A stretch of DNA of 62,929 nucleotides, filler included, from Octopus bimaculoides (Eukaryota), in the NCBI RefSeq assembly GCF_001194135.2. It is 6 parts of 6 records of this genome, joined end to end, with 100 filler letters (N's around TTAATTAATTAA, not from the genome) between each part and the next. Parts side by side here need not be neighbours in the genome. Positions count along the whole stretch, not along the records: positions 1 to 23,609 come from NC_068984.1; positions 23,710 to 35,839 come from NW_026426402.1; 4 more parts are not named here. The stretch is one strand, 5' to 3'. The translations under genes were made by a program, and so were the position numbers. This document shows, piece by piece, positions 12,620-25,194 of the stretch. Below the pieces are notes generated by a model. The model did no database searches. It was not told the DNA's origin and saw only the letters and a program-made list of their open reading frames with translations. The first letter of the stretch is position 1; each line of letters begins with the position of its first letter.

Positions 12620-13055
12620 GCCATGTGTCCGACCAAGCTCCTGGGCCTCATGGATTTAAAGTGGCCAAGTACCTTCAAGTTCCTTTTGAATGGGTCTCAT
12701 GGAGGTGGGGTGATTGAGTTCCTTTCGAACTTTGGGCCTCATGGAAGCATAGTGGACGAACTCCTTTTGAGTGTTAAGTCTCACTGAGGCAATGACGAAT
12801 ACCTTTGGCATTATGTCGTGCTTGACAAGAAGACCCATCAAGCCAAGCAAGATTGCTGGCATGGCAGATAGCAGTAGCATGCAAAAGCACCTGTTACACC
12901 CTCGGAATGGTTGGCGTCTGCAAAGGTATCCAGCCATAGAAAACCATGCCAAATCAGACTGGATTCTGGCACAACCTTCCAGCATGCGAGCCCAGTCAAA
13001 CCATCCAACCCTTGCCAGCATAGACTACAAACGTTAAATGATGATGATAATGATA
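12620..13055 (+). mobile_element. RTE LINE 3' fragment
   Basis: Homologous to the RT end and 3' UTR of 6043-7945. Ends ...ACGTTAAATGATGATGAT. Confidence 0.75.
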
Positions 13056-13109
13056 TATATATGGTTGTGAGGTTAAGAAGTTTTCTTCCAAACCACGTGG
13101 TTTTGAACT

Positions 13110-13365
13110 GTGGAAGTGCATGGCTTAATGGTTAGGAGGTTGGACTCATAATCGTAAGATCGTGGTTTTGATTTCTGGACTGGATGACACATTGTGTTCT
13201 TGAGCGAAACACTTCATTTCATTTTACTCCTGTCCATTGTGCAGACAAAAACTAGTAAACCTGCAATGGAGAGGCGTTCCATCCAGGTGGGGAATTTATA
13301 TGACATGGAAACCGAGAAACCAGCCCTTATGAGTAAGCATGACTCGAGCAGGTAACTTTACCTAC
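13110..13365 (+). mobile_element. SINE family C (tRNA-like head)
   Basis: GTGGAAGTGCATGGCTTAATGGTTAG...GGTTTTGATTTC head. Homologous to 56830-57160 and 61396-61655. Confidence 0.65.
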
Positions 13366-13500
13366 TTTTATATGGTTTTGGAATCAGTTCTACTGTGCAG
13401 CACATTGCCTTGGGCAAGTGTTTTCTACTATAGCACCAAGCTGACCAGAGCCTTGTGAGTGAACTTGCTGGATGGAAATGGGGAAAAGCCTGTCATATAT

Positions 13501-13502
<2 letters not shown>

Positions 13503-13539
<37 letters not shown>

Positions 13540-14735
13540 GTTTAACGTCCGCCCTCCATGCCAGCATGGGTTGGACGATTTGACTGAGGACTGGTGAAAC
13601 CGGATGGCAACACCAGGCTCCAATCTAATTTGGCAGAGTTTCTACAGCTGGATGCCCTTCCTAACGCCAACCACTCAGAGAGTGTAGTGGGTGCTTTTAC
13701 GTGTCACCCGCACGAAAACGGCCACGCTCGAAATGGTGTNNNNNNNNNNNNNNNNNNNNNNNNNNNNNNNNNNNNNNNNNNNNNNNNNNNNNNNNNNNNN
13801 NNNNNNNNNNNNNNNNNNNNNNNNNNNNNNNNNNNNNNNNNNNNNNNNNNNNNNNNNNNNNNNNNNNNNNNNNNNNNNNNNNNNNNNNNNNNNNNNNNNN
13901 NNNNNNNNNNNNNNNNNNNNNNNNNNNNNNNNNNNNNNNNNNNNNNNNNNNNNNNNNNNNNNNNNNNNNNNNNNNNNNNNNNNNNNNNNNNNNNNNNNNN
14001 NNNNNNNNNNNNNNNNNNNNNNNNNNNNNNNNNNNNNNNNNNNNNNNNNNNNNNNNNNNNNNNNNNNNNNNNNNNNNNNNNNNNNNNNNNNNNNNNNNNN
14101 NNNNNNNNNNNNNNNNNNNNNNNNNNNNNNNNNNNNNNNNNNNNNNNNNNNNNNNNNNNNNNNNNNNNNNNNNNNNNNNNNNNNNNNNNNNNNNNNNNNN
14201 NNNNNNNNNNNNNNNNNNNNNNNNNNNNNNNNNNNNNNNNNNNNNNNNNNNNNNNNNNNNNNNNNNNNNNNNNNNNNNNNNNNNNNNNNNNNNNNNNNNN
14301 NNNNNNNNNNNNNNNNNNNNNNNNNNNNNNNNNNNNNNNNNNNNNNNNNNNNNNNNNNNNNNNNNNNNNNNNNNNNNNNNNNNNNNNNNNNNNNNNNNNN
14401 NNNNNNNNNNNNNNNNNNNNNNNNNNNNNNNNNNNNNNNNNNNNNNNNNNNNNNNNNNNNNNNNNNNNNNNNNNNNNNNNNNNNNNNNNNNNNNNNNNNN
14501 NNNNNNNNNNNNNNNNNNNNNNNNNNNNNNNNNNNNNNNNNNNNNNNNNNNNNNNNNNNNNNNNNNNNNNNNNNNNNNNNNNNNNNNTTATTCTAGCAGC
14601 TACACTTTCAGCGCACCCACCCCCACTACTAACTTGGTCGCCCAGATAGCGGAAGCTATCGACTACCTCTAGTTTTTCACCCTGGAATGAGATAGAAGTT
14701 GTTTCCTGTTTGTTTACAGTCTTTATTGCACCTGT
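13503..14735 (-). mobile_element. young RTE LINE copy spanning an N gap
   Basis: (CAT)n tail and 3' UTR lie left of the gap. Sequence right of the gap matches RT region 6975-7120. CpGs are retained. Confidence 0.85.
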
Positions 14736-14751
14736 TTGTTTACAGTCTTTA

Positions 14752-15030
14752 TATCATCATCATCGTTTAACGTCCGCTTTCCATGCTAGCATGGGTTGGA
14801 CGATTTGACTGAGGACTGGTGAAACCGGATGGCAACACCAGGCTCCAGTCTGATTTGGCAGAGTTTCTACAGCTGGATGCCCTTCCTAACGCCAACCACC
14901 ATCATCATCATTGTTTAACGTCCGCTTTCCATGCTAGCATGGGTTGGACGATTTGACTGAGGACTGGTAAAACCAGATGGCAACACCAGGCTCCAATCTG
15001 ATTTGGCAGAGTTTCTACAGCTGGATGCCC
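14752..15030 (-). mobile_element. two tandem ~140-bp RTE LINE 3' ends
   Basis: CATCAT..GTTTAACGTCCGCTTTCCATGCTAGCATGGGTTGGACG occurs twice in direct orientation (about 14753 and 14900). Confidence 0.85.
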
Positions 15031-15324
15031 AGCGTTGCCTTTCTGGCACTTGTGCCCGTGGCATATGTGTGTATATTTGTGTTTGTGTCTCCTTGTTTTA
15101 ACATTGCCTTGCTGTTGCAAATAAATGGCATTCATTTTCAATGTTCTGTGAAAATATATCAGGTTATGGGGAAATATTAACCTTACTTGGAAATAGATAT
15201 GTGTTCGCAACAGAAAGGACATAGAAAATTTTTCCTCAGTAGACACTGTCCAACCCATGCAAGCACGGAAAAGTGAATATCAAAATGATGATGGTGGTTG
15301 TGGTAGTGGTGGTGTAATTTATTT

Positions 15325-16012
15325 GATATCTTGTCTGGTCAGGTGATGTGTATGGACGAGGACAGCTGTGTAAAGAAGTGTCGATCTCTAACTGTGGAGG
15401 GAACCTGTGGTAAAGGTAGACCCAGGAAGACATGGGATGAAGGAGTAAAGCATGATCTTTGAACTTTGAACCTCACAGAGGCAATGACTAGTGACCAAGA
15501 CCTTTGGTGTGCTTGAGAAGACCCCTCAAGCCAAGTGAAATCATAGTCATGACTGATGCTGGTGTCATGTAACTGGCATCCATGCTGGTGGCACATAAAG
15601 AGCCTTTTTTGAGTGTTGGGCCCCATGCAGGCAAAGTGGCTGTGTTCCTTTTGAGTAATGGGCCTCACAGAAGCAAAGTGGTTGAGTTCCTTTTGAGTGT
15701 TGGGCCTCATGGAGGCAATGACTGAGACCTTTGGCATTATGTCATGCTTGAGAAGGAGATCCATCAAGCCAAGCAAAATCACGGTCATGGCAGGCACTGG
15801 TGTCATGCAAATGGCACCCTTACTGGTGGCATGTAAAAGAACCCATTACACTCTCAGAGTGGTTGGCATTAGGAAGGGCATCCAGCTGTAGAAAAACATG
15901 CCAAATCAGACTGAAGTCTGGCGCAGCCTTCCGGCTTACCAATCCTGGTCAAACCATCCAACCCATGCCAGCATGGACAACAGGCATTAAATGATGATGA
16001 TGATGATGATGA
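15325..16012 (+). mobile_element. RTE LINE 3' fragment
   Basis: Decayed EGTCGKGRPRKTWDEGVKHDL followed by 3' UTR and a (GAT)n tail. Confidence 0.85.
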
Positions 16013-16866
16013 TCTTAAAGTGAAACTTTGAACTTTTAATACATCAATTGTATACATCATGACTGTGATTAACAAGATTGCTTCAAACCATATTCTTCTT
16101 AGCTCAAACTGATAGCCAGTACTTTGCACAAATGTCTTTTACCATAGCCTCAAGTCAAAGTTTTGTGAGTGAAATTTAGAGTTTGTTATCTGTGCAGAAG
16201 TCTATTGGATTTGTCTGTGTATGTGTATGTGTGTGTGATTTTAATGAGATATCTGCAATGAAATTAGTAAGCTGAAAGGCCTCAGACTTATTTCATCTTC
16301 TCTCAGAACGTATTTACAAAAATTTTGGCTGGTGTTGTTTACACCAATCATTAATGGATTTAATTAAGAACACTCTCTAAACAGGGCATGTTTTTATAGT
16401 ATTGATGAATCTCGCTGCCAATATTTGTCATATCAATTAAGAAGTTGTTAGCTGTAATTCATCAGCTATAGAGTTTATGGTACCAACCAGCTCTATATGC
16501 AGACAATCAATTAATCAATATTTTTCTCTCTTCTCTCTCAGTTGGTGGAGCAACAGATACAGCAGATCATCAGACTGAAAGCCTGATGAGTTCAATGCTA
16601 AAAATGGCAGCCAAATCTCTCTCAAATTTCATGCTACAACCTTAAAGACATACGTTAGAGAATATAGTCTGCGATATATATATATATATATATAACGTGA
16701 GAGAGTTAGGGGTTGGGGGTACAACCCACTAAGGGATAGTATCTATCCAGTATACTGCTGGGAGGGTACCCAATTATTGCTACGCTAGTGCTATACTAGG
16801 TGCAATCAATGGGAGCGGGTAAAAGTGGAGGTTTTACCCAAAATTTGTGTATATATATATATAGAT

Positions 16867-16900
<34 letters not shown>

Positions 16901-16980
16901 AGGATTACAATGTTCTGCGGATTTGCCAATGTTCTGCGCTGTGAGGACCAAAGACTCGAGGTATTTCGTGTTGCAAGACA

Positions 16981-17064
16981 GGCTATATATGTTTCATAGC
17001 TAGCAGAACCTCAGAAGTAATAATTATCCAAATGAGGGGTTACCTTTTAGCTACTCATCAGGCC
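16981..17064 (-). ncRNA. degenerate minimal hammerhead ribozyme motif
   Basis: Minus strand reads GGC-CUGAUGA-GUAGCUA...UAGCUAU-GAAAC-AUAU-AUA-GCC. Stem I is only 3 bp and stem III has a C-A mismatch. Confidence 0.45.
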
Positions 17065-17129
17065 AAGCATTGGATAATTACCACTTCTGAAGCTCTGTAA
17101 ACTAAGAAACATATGTAGCCTGGACTTTA

Positions 17130-17497
17130 TCGACTCCTTTTCCTAATTTTGGATCGTGATGGCACCTGTGCCCAGCGTCGCCTTCCTTGGCACTTGTAAA
17201 GACATTTGAGCGAGATCGTACCAGTGCCGCTGGACTGGCTCCTGTGCAGGTGGCACGTAAAATACACCATTTTGAGCGTGACCGTTGCCAGTACCACCTG
17301 ACTGGCCTTCGTGTCAGTGGCATGTAAAAGCACCCACTACAGTCTCGGAGCGGTTGGCGTTAGGAAGGGCATCCAGCTGTAGAAACTCTGCCAAATCATA
17401 TTGGAGCCTGGTGTAGCCATCTGGTTCACCAGTCCTCAGTCATATCGTCCAACCCATGCTAGCATGGAAAGCGGACGTTAAACGATGATGATGATGA
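17130..17497 (+). mobile_element. RTE LINE 3' UTR copy
   Basis: Ends GCATGGAAAGCGGACGTTAAACGATGATGATGAT. Confidence 0.85.
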
Positions 17498-17505
17498 TAT
17501 ATATA

Positions 17506-18216
17506 TTAGGTTGTCTGGAAAGTTCTGAGCATTTTTAAGCTAAATCTTTTAACACTTCATTGAACACACCTGAAACGTATCACAGTTAAAACTTTGATGT
17601 TCTTTGAAGTGTTAGTGCATCTTTTCTTTGTTCCTGACTAAAAATAGATTTATCTTTCATTCTTGCTACCCTTTATTGACATTTGAAATACATAAATTTC
17701 ATGTTCACATTGTAATGCTTTTCTTTCTTAAAAATGAAGAAAATACCGCAAAGACTTTCAAAAACATTTGTGAAGTTTATGGTGATGATGTTGCTAGTCA
17801 ATCAACTGTTCAAAAGTGGTTTGCAAAATTTAAAGCTGGAGAATTTAGCTTGGAAGATGACAGTCACAGTAGAAGACCTTCAAAATTGGATGAAGATGTT
17901 TTGAAGGCAAAAATCGGAGAAAACTCAAATATGATTAGAGAACTTGCAGAGAAGTTGGAAGTTTCCAAAAGTATGGTTCATGAACACCTAGTGAAGCTAG
18001 GATACATTTCTTGCTATAATGTATGGGTCCCTCACAAGCTCTCAGAAAAAAATTGTTTGGATCGGTATTCCGTTTGTGATATGCTTTTGAAATGGAATGA
18101 AATCATGCCTTTTTTGAAATGATTTATGACTGGAGATGAAAAATGGATTGTGTACGAAAATGTAGTGTGAGAAAGATACTGGAGTTTGTGTAAGGATCCC
18201 CCAAAACAGCAACTAA
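17506..18216 (+). mobile_element. mariner (Hsmar1/Mos1-type) transposon 5' relic
   Basis: TA followed by TTAGGTTGTCTGGAAAGTTC TIR. ORF 17628-18122 contains HTH (ICEVYG..TVQKWFAKFKAG) and VWVPHKL, then a stop, then FMTGDEKWIVY (first catalytic Asp). Confidence 0.92.
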
Positions 18217-18630
18217 AGATGTTCAAGCCATGATCATCCAGACAGTATCTAGGACTATATTATTTAAGGTGTCCTTTTCTTAAACAGCCATGTGAGAAAT
18301 TTGGCTACTATTTCTAGCAGGTCGAGTGCCTGGCCTCGTTAGCGCCACTACAGTAAATTGGACGAACTTATTGATCATATGAATTGCTTTCTTCCTCATT
18401 GGGTTTGTATCAAATGTGTCATCAAGTCCGGGTTAAGTAGTTTTTATACCAGGATAGAAATTAATGCTTCATTTAGGCAGCTGTTAATTTACTACAGGAG
18501 TGGCGAATATAATAGTGAATGCGTTAAATGGTGTCTAAGGGAGGGGAGACTACTCAACAAATATTATCATTTCATCAATTATAAATTATTAATTGATTTA
18601 TTTTCTGTTATAATACTGTTATATAAGCTG

Positions 18631-19067
18631 AGGCGCGGCTGTGTGGTAAAAAGTTTGGTTCTCAACCACATGGTTCTGAGTTCAATCCCACTACATGGCA
18701 CCTTGGGCAAAGTGTCTTCTGCTATAGCACCGGGCCTTGTGAGTAGATGTGGTGGACAAAAACTGAAAGAAGACCATGCTATATACATGTGTGTGTGTAG
18801 ATACACACACACATATATGTATGTGCATTTGTGTCTCCCTGCCTTGACATTGCATGCTAGCTGTAAATGGGTGTCTCTGTCATACAAACAACATTATTCA
18901 TTTTCAAAATTCTATGAAAACATGTCTGGTCATGGGAAAATATTACCTTATTTGGAAACAGGTGATGGTTGGCAACAGGAGGGGCATCTGGCCATAGAAA
19001 CTTGCCTCAATAATTTCCATCCAGTTCATACAGGCATGGAAAAGTGGACATTAAAAGGATGATGATG
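18631..19067 (+). mobile_element. SINE with family-A head and RTE-LINE-type 3' tail
   Basis: Head as in family A. Ends GCATGGAAAAGTGGACATTAAAAGGATGATGATG, like the RTE 3' end. A second partial copy lies at about 15060-15300. Confidence 0.75.
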
Positions 19068-19645
19068 AATTCTATTTACATCAAGGACGCTCTTGGCAAA
19101 TATTAAGTACAAGATTCATACTTTAATTCATCATAAATTGCAGTTGATTTTATTGATTATGGTCCTCTTTCACAATTTTTTAGCCATTTGCTAAAATTAT
19201 AAATTCATTTTCCCACACAGTAGTGTCTTATGAGTTGATTATAAAGATTAATCTCTAAAAAGTATTTGATTTCCTCCTTTGTCGTTAATTCAAATACTAT
19301 CAGAGAAACTTTTATTTTTTCTTCCAGTACATAATTCTATTAACTCTAACCATTCTTCAAGCATGCACTTCTGCACACACACACACCACCACCACCACCA
19401 CCACCACCACACAAATGTGGCTGCAACTTGATTCTAAGTAATGCTATTGCTTGACTTCTTCTTAAACATGACCAGCATGGATGTGGCTTTTCACTCCTAC
19501 TGAAGACTTACAATCTTTTGTACACCTACGTGACAATGATGAGCTCCTCTTGTAATAGATGTTACAATGTTGTTTTGGTGAACCTTCATATGATATTTAG
19601 TTTGCCTCCTGACATAATTCATTTCCACATTCTCTGGAAATAGAG

Positions 19646-20424
19646 CAGCAATATAATTCATTGTTAACAACTTCCTTGTGTTTATGACTCCTGATGACAG
19701 GGCAGGAAACAAAACCCGTTTAAGAGCAGATGAACTCAGTAGTCAACAGCTGGAAGTGAGAGACCCCTAGTTTTTGTTTAGACGTCTCTCTGGAAGAAGG
19801 GAAACTATGAGGTAATACTTGTAACTTTGTTTGCATCCAACAGTATTGACATACATTCATCCATATACAGAGCAAATGAATAAAAAAAAAAGAAACAAAA
19901 TATCAAACACAAACAAAAAAGGTCACAGCGATATAATTCACTGTTAACAACTTCCTTGTGTGTGTGACTCCTGATGACTAAAGCCTACCTTATTTAGACA
20001 GACGGACTCACACTCGCTACATGTTAAGTTGGGCTGTATGCCAACTCATTCAGGCAAATTCCCATCAAGACCTTTAAGAACATCCCTCTGGAGATGTTCA
20101 TGCTTGATACACTTTTGTTTGAACAGTTTTGTTCTGCCAGCAAGCTGTTTTATGTTCAATACTTTACACATTGTTTGGTACTTATGTATACCCCTGCAGG
20201 GCAGAAAACAAAACCTGTTTAAGAGCAGATCAACTCAGTCAACAGCTGGAAGTGAAAGACTCCTGGTCTTTGTTTAGACATCTCTCTGAAAGAAGGGAAA
20301 CTTTGATGTAATACCTGTGGCTTTGTTTGCATCCAAGTGTTGATATGCATACATTTATTCATATGCAGAGCAAATTAATAACAAGAAAAGAAACAAACAA
20401 AACATCAAATCCAAACAAAAAAGG
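19646..20424 (+). repeat. local duplication, A-B-A'-x-B'
   Basis: A 19646-19698 matches A' 19926-19978. B 19698-19922 matches B' 20197-20424. Confidence 0.9.
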
Positions 20425-20445
20425 CTGATTAATTAGGTTGATGAG

Positions 20446-20635
20446 GGTGGCGAGCTGGCAGAATCATTAGCATGCTGGGCAAAATGCTTAGCAGTATTTC
20501 ATCTATCTTTACATTCTGAGTTCAAATTCTGTTGAGGTCAGCTTTGCCTTTCATCCTTTCAGGATCAATGTAATTGACTTACCCCTTCCCGTAATTGCTG
20601 ACCTTGTGTCAAAATTTGAAACCAATATTATTAGG
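20446..20635 (+). mobile_element. SINE family D, CpG-decayed copy
   Basis: GGTGGCGAGCTGGCAGAATCATTAGCATGC...GAGTTCAAATTCTGTTGAGG, with many CG to TG/CA changes relative to the 8413 and 26880 copies. Confidence 0.75.
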
Positions 20636-20883
20636 TTAATGTCCAGAGAAAGAATAAAGTTATAGAGTAAAAGTATAACATGTGAATGTATGTACACACA
20701 CATATATATATTTTTTATTTACAGTATGGTTCTATAACTTCATTATATCACTTCTAAGAGTTTTCTAATTTTTCAGACTGTTTTCTGTTTGAGAGAGAAA
20801 GTGAGAGAGGGGAAGAGAGAGAGAGAGATAGCAATGAGATGGTGAGGATGTAATTTGACAATTTCAAATCTTTCCATTTCCAG

Positions 20884-20997
20884 GTTCGTCAAAATCTCAG
20901 CGACTTTTCAGTTCTAATTTCAATTATAATAATGGTTGGTATTGACATGCTTCTTGGTATCCCTACTCCGAAGCTTGAGGTACCTAAAAAGTTTAAG
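20884..20997 (+). CDS. SLC4: SLC4 exon (TM7)
   Basis: Acceptor atttccAG|GTT and donor AAG|GTAAGT; 114 nt. Encodes VRQNLSDFSVLISIIIMVGIDMLLGIPTPKLEVPKKFK, matching the SLC4 'SDF...I...D......TPKL.VP..FK' motif. Confidence 0.95.
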
Positions 20998-21084
20998 GTA
21001 AGTGTTTGAATTGTTGTTATTACCAGATAATAAAGACAGTGTGATTATTTCACTTCATGAAAATGCATACACAAACATACCCTA

Positions 21085-21115
<31 letters not shown>

Positions 21116-22171
21116 TCTTTTCGTTCTCCTCTCCCTTGCTCTTTCATACACATACTTCAGAAATGAATAAATTAAGTACCAGTCGAATACTGTGGTCAAT
21201 AAAATCAACTATGCTCAGCATACTCACTCTGATCAGTCCCGTGGCTGAATTCACTGAAACAACAACTAACGACAAGTATAATTTTCTTTGCATTAACTAC
21301 ATATTCTAAGCACATGCATGAGCTGAGGAATGAGACACTCTTGTGTCATGTTCCTGACAATAATGATTGTTAGGTTTTCTTTTGCACCACAATCACTTAA
21401 TTACACAAACAAGAGTCGGAGTCAAAGTTTTTTTGTATCGACTCCACAGCCCTATTTATTATTATTTAGCTTTGTTAGTGAAATTTGGTAAACAGAAACT
21501 ATGAAAAAGCTCACTTAAAAAGTAAAATTGATGCTCCAAACAAAATCAGTTTCTTGCATTTAGTTACAATCTAATGCCTTTGATATAATTGACAAAAATC
21601 CATGAGAGCAGTGCCCTAACATGTTCATAGTTCAATGACTGCTGCCTGTCAAAGAATACCTATATTGCTTGACATTGATAACTTTTCACCTTCCATTAGA
21701 AAGATGTACTCTATTTTATAAGGTGGGACCATGTGATCCATTACCAGATCAATATCAAATACAAATTTTACAATGATTGATTTTAATAAAGCTGAAATGA
21801 AAATTTGTTGAATAACTGAGTTGCAACCATGGGATTTTAACATTTGCATCACAAATATACATCTGTATTTGAAACTGTTGTGAAATACTTTTGGCACATA
21901 GCTTCTACGTTGAGGTAGCCATTCAATAAATAGAAAATACTTGAAGAAAAAAAAATGTAGGAGACAAAGTACTAAAATTGATATACTACACTAAGAAAAA
22001 CTCTTTCAAGGTGCTACCCTGGCAAAAGAATAGTTTGAAATGAATAAAGTAAAAAATAAAGTTTGTAAAATATTCCTTTAAAAATAAAACTAAAATAATT
22101 TTGCATGTATTCTCGAATTGTGGCTCTTGTCTATTATTGTAATATTGTATGTATTTCTCTTTATTCAACAG

Positions 22172-22336
22172 CCAACACGATCTGACCGTGACTGGTTCAT
22201 CAATCCTATTAGTGATAAGAATCCCTGGTGGATGATTTTAGCATGTTGTATACCAGCCTTGTTGGCAGTCATCCTTATTTTCATGGACCAACAGATTACA
22301 GCTGTGATTGTTAACAGGAAGGAGAATAAATTATTG
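22172..22336 (+). CDS. SLC4: SLC4 exon (TM8)
   Basis: Acceptor ttcaacAG|CCA and donor TTG|GTAAGA; 165 nt. Encodes [55 protein letters not shown], with the hallmark [18 protein letters not shown] motif. Confidence 0.96.
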
Positions 22337-23252
22337 GTAAGAAATGATAGTATTTTAGAAAAAAATATTTAGCTTGGATAAATGTTTTGAGTGTTTTAAT
22401 GGTAGAAGTCTAGTTCTGATACTAAAAGACGATGCTTCTCAAAACGGCTTTCAAGGAATTTCAGGGTTCTCTAAAAGAAAAAAAATTAAAGGGTTCTGCA
22501 TGATAAAGTGTATTTTAATAAAATTTAATCATTATTTTACACAAAAATTATATTCCCATTTTCAAAATAATATGTTTTATACATTATACATACATACATA
22601 CATACATACATACATACATACATACATACATACATACACACACAAACATACATGTGTGTTTGTATGTGTGTATGTATGTTATAAGAAGCAGAAACAGTAT
22701 TAGTTCAAAACATGTGTCTGTGTATCATACTTAAGGCAGATAATCATCGAAAGCCTTATGAAATGTGCTACTTGTCTCAAGAAAGCGTCTCTTATAGATG
22801 TATTGTCTTATAAAATTGAAATATATTATCAGTAGGTAAAAATCATCCAGCAGCTGCAAACAGTAGGTAAATTATCCAGCAGCTTCAATTCTGCATTTCA
22901 CCTGATAAAAGTGATGAGCAACAAATAGTATTGTTTAAACAATTCCCTGTCAACAAACTATCCACTTTGTACTTTTGATTAATACCAAGTAGAATGAAAA
23001 ATTCCTTGCTTGTAATCTAGACAATTTGTAGTGATAGGAACGGTATCAAACTATAAATAACACTTCGGTCATTTGTATTCATGTAGTCCATATGTACATG
23101 GAAAAACAAAGGTAAAACAAAAATAACCTAACTGATCAGAATATCAGAATTTATTCATTAAATTAGTCTATAAATATTTTAAATCAGCTGATAAATAAAT
23201 GTGTGTGTGTGTGTATACATACATACATATGTATGTACGTATCATGCATGTA

Positions 23253-23609
23253 TCATCATCATCATCATCATCGTTTAACGTCCGCTTTCCATGCTAGCAT
23301 GGGTTGGACGATTTGACTGAGGACTGGTGAAACCGGATGGCAACACCAGGCTCCAGTCTGATTTGGCAGAGTTTCTACAGCTGGATGCCCTTCCTAACGC
23401 CAACCACTCAGAGAGTGTAGTGGGTGCTTTTACGTGTCACCCGCACGAAAACGGCCACGCTCGAAATGGTGTCTTTTATGTGCCACCCGCACAAGCCAGT
23501 CCAGGGGCACTGGCAACGATCTCGCTCGAAAATCCTACAGGAGCCAGTCAGGCGGTACTGGCAACGGCCACGCTCAAAATGGTGCATCTCATGTGCCACC
23601 CGCACAAGA
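23253..23609 (-). mobile_element. young RTE LINE 3' end cut by scaffold join
   Basis: (CAT)n tail and 3' UTR almost identical to 13530-13739. Runs directly into the N/linker block. Confidence 0.88.
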
Positions 23610-23653
23610 NNNNNNNNNNNNNNNNNNNNNNNNNNNNNNNNNNNNNNNNNNNN

Positions 23654-23665
23654 TTAATTAATTAA
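23654..23665. other. artificial scaffold linker TTAATTAATTAA (join 1)
   Basis: Exactly 44 N on each side (23610-23709, 100 bp). Palindrome with stop codons in all six frames. Confidence 0.95.
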
Positions 23666-24849
23666 NNNNNNNNNNNNNNNNNNNNNNNNNNNNNNNNNNN
23701 NNNNNNNNNTATATACACATATACATACATACATATACATATATATTTGTATATATACATATATATATATATTCATTTATTCATTTATACATATACGTAC
23801 GTACGTACATACATACATGTACGTACGTACACAACCGCCCCTATATACACACAGCTATGAACATTGTATCTAATAGGTGTAGTCATGGTCCTTTATCTAC
23901 TTAATGTACTTGTTATATGTTTATTTAAAGGTGTGTGGACGTATGTGCGTTGTTCCTTTTTTATGTGACTTATCCATTAACGAACTCCCAATGTGGTAAA
24001 CAAAATCAATTGTTTTCGAATTTCCTCACGCTTATGAACTCTTCATTGTAAGACAACGGTCTTCTGTTCCTTTGCTATCAACCTACGCTTCACCGTTCCA
24101 TCGAAGATGAAACTTGAATCACGATCCAGTATCGTAAAAGGCACTTGCAACAAAGAACCCTGCTTGGTGAAAATCCGTTCGGCCGTTTTCCATTAATTTT
24201 GAAAACACAGACAACCGGACAAAGATGAACGACTACAATACTCTACTTTCGCTTACGTGAAATTAGTAGAAATATTAACAGGATCTATGGAAATGTTTGT
24301 AGGACCAGTGGAGGTGTTAGAAATAGTTGTGAAAATACAAGTTAGGTTAGTAGAAATATTAGCAGAATCTGTGGAAATGTCAGCAGATCTGTGGAAATAA
24401 CAGTGAGGTCTATTCTAGTAAAATATGCGGAAGTGTTATCAGGGTGTGTCGAAATGTTAAACAGTTTTGTGGGAATGTAGAAATTACTTAATGCAAATGA
24501 TATCAAGACGTGTGGATATATTAGGACGATTTCCGGGGTATACTTAAAAGATTTGTAGAAATGTAGAAATATTTGTTGGAAATGATACCAGAACATGTGG
24601 AACAAACTAAACCTTTTACATCAAACACACTTATTAAACACAAAACTTTTTTCCATTCATATTTTTTCCCAACGGGTCATTTAGGTTTACTTTTCGTAAT
24701 TATTTCTCATAACGTCAGAATTTAGAAATCCGTTAATTTCCTGTTTTATAGGAAATTATTTTGTCAAAAATGTCGGGGGTTTAAGGGAGTTTATTGGATT
24801 CTTGTCGTTCTTCTGGTTGTTGTAGCTGTTGTTGCTCTGACTACTGTAA

Positions 24850-25095
24850 CCGCTATTGCTGTTGTTGTTGTTGTTGTTGTTGTAATTGATGTCGTGGGTG
24901 CTGTAGTTAATTTTGTTGTTGCTATGGTGCTTGTTCGTTGTTGTCATTGTTGTGACTGATCTGGTTGAGTTTCTTCTTCGTGTTCTTGATGCTGTATTCG
25001 TTGTTGTTGTTATTGTATTTGCTGTTACTGTGGTTGTTGCTGCTGCTGCTGTTGCTGTTGTTGTTCCTGTTGTTGTTGTTGTTGTTGTTGTTTAG
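24850..25095. repeat. degenerate (GTT)n/(GCT)n microsatellite
   Basis: Directly visible triplet repeats. Confidence 0.9.
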
Positions 25096-25194
25096 GCTCA
25101 CCGCGATCCTGACCGGGTAACCTAGGTTTTAAGGCTTTTTGTCAGCCCCTTCTTTACTTGTTCACACAGTTTTTAGGACTACATTATCTAATAT

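Noticed and set aside
23654-23665. TTAATTAATTAA as a biological motif
   Set aside because: It is always centred in exactly 44+44 N, so it is an assembly linker.
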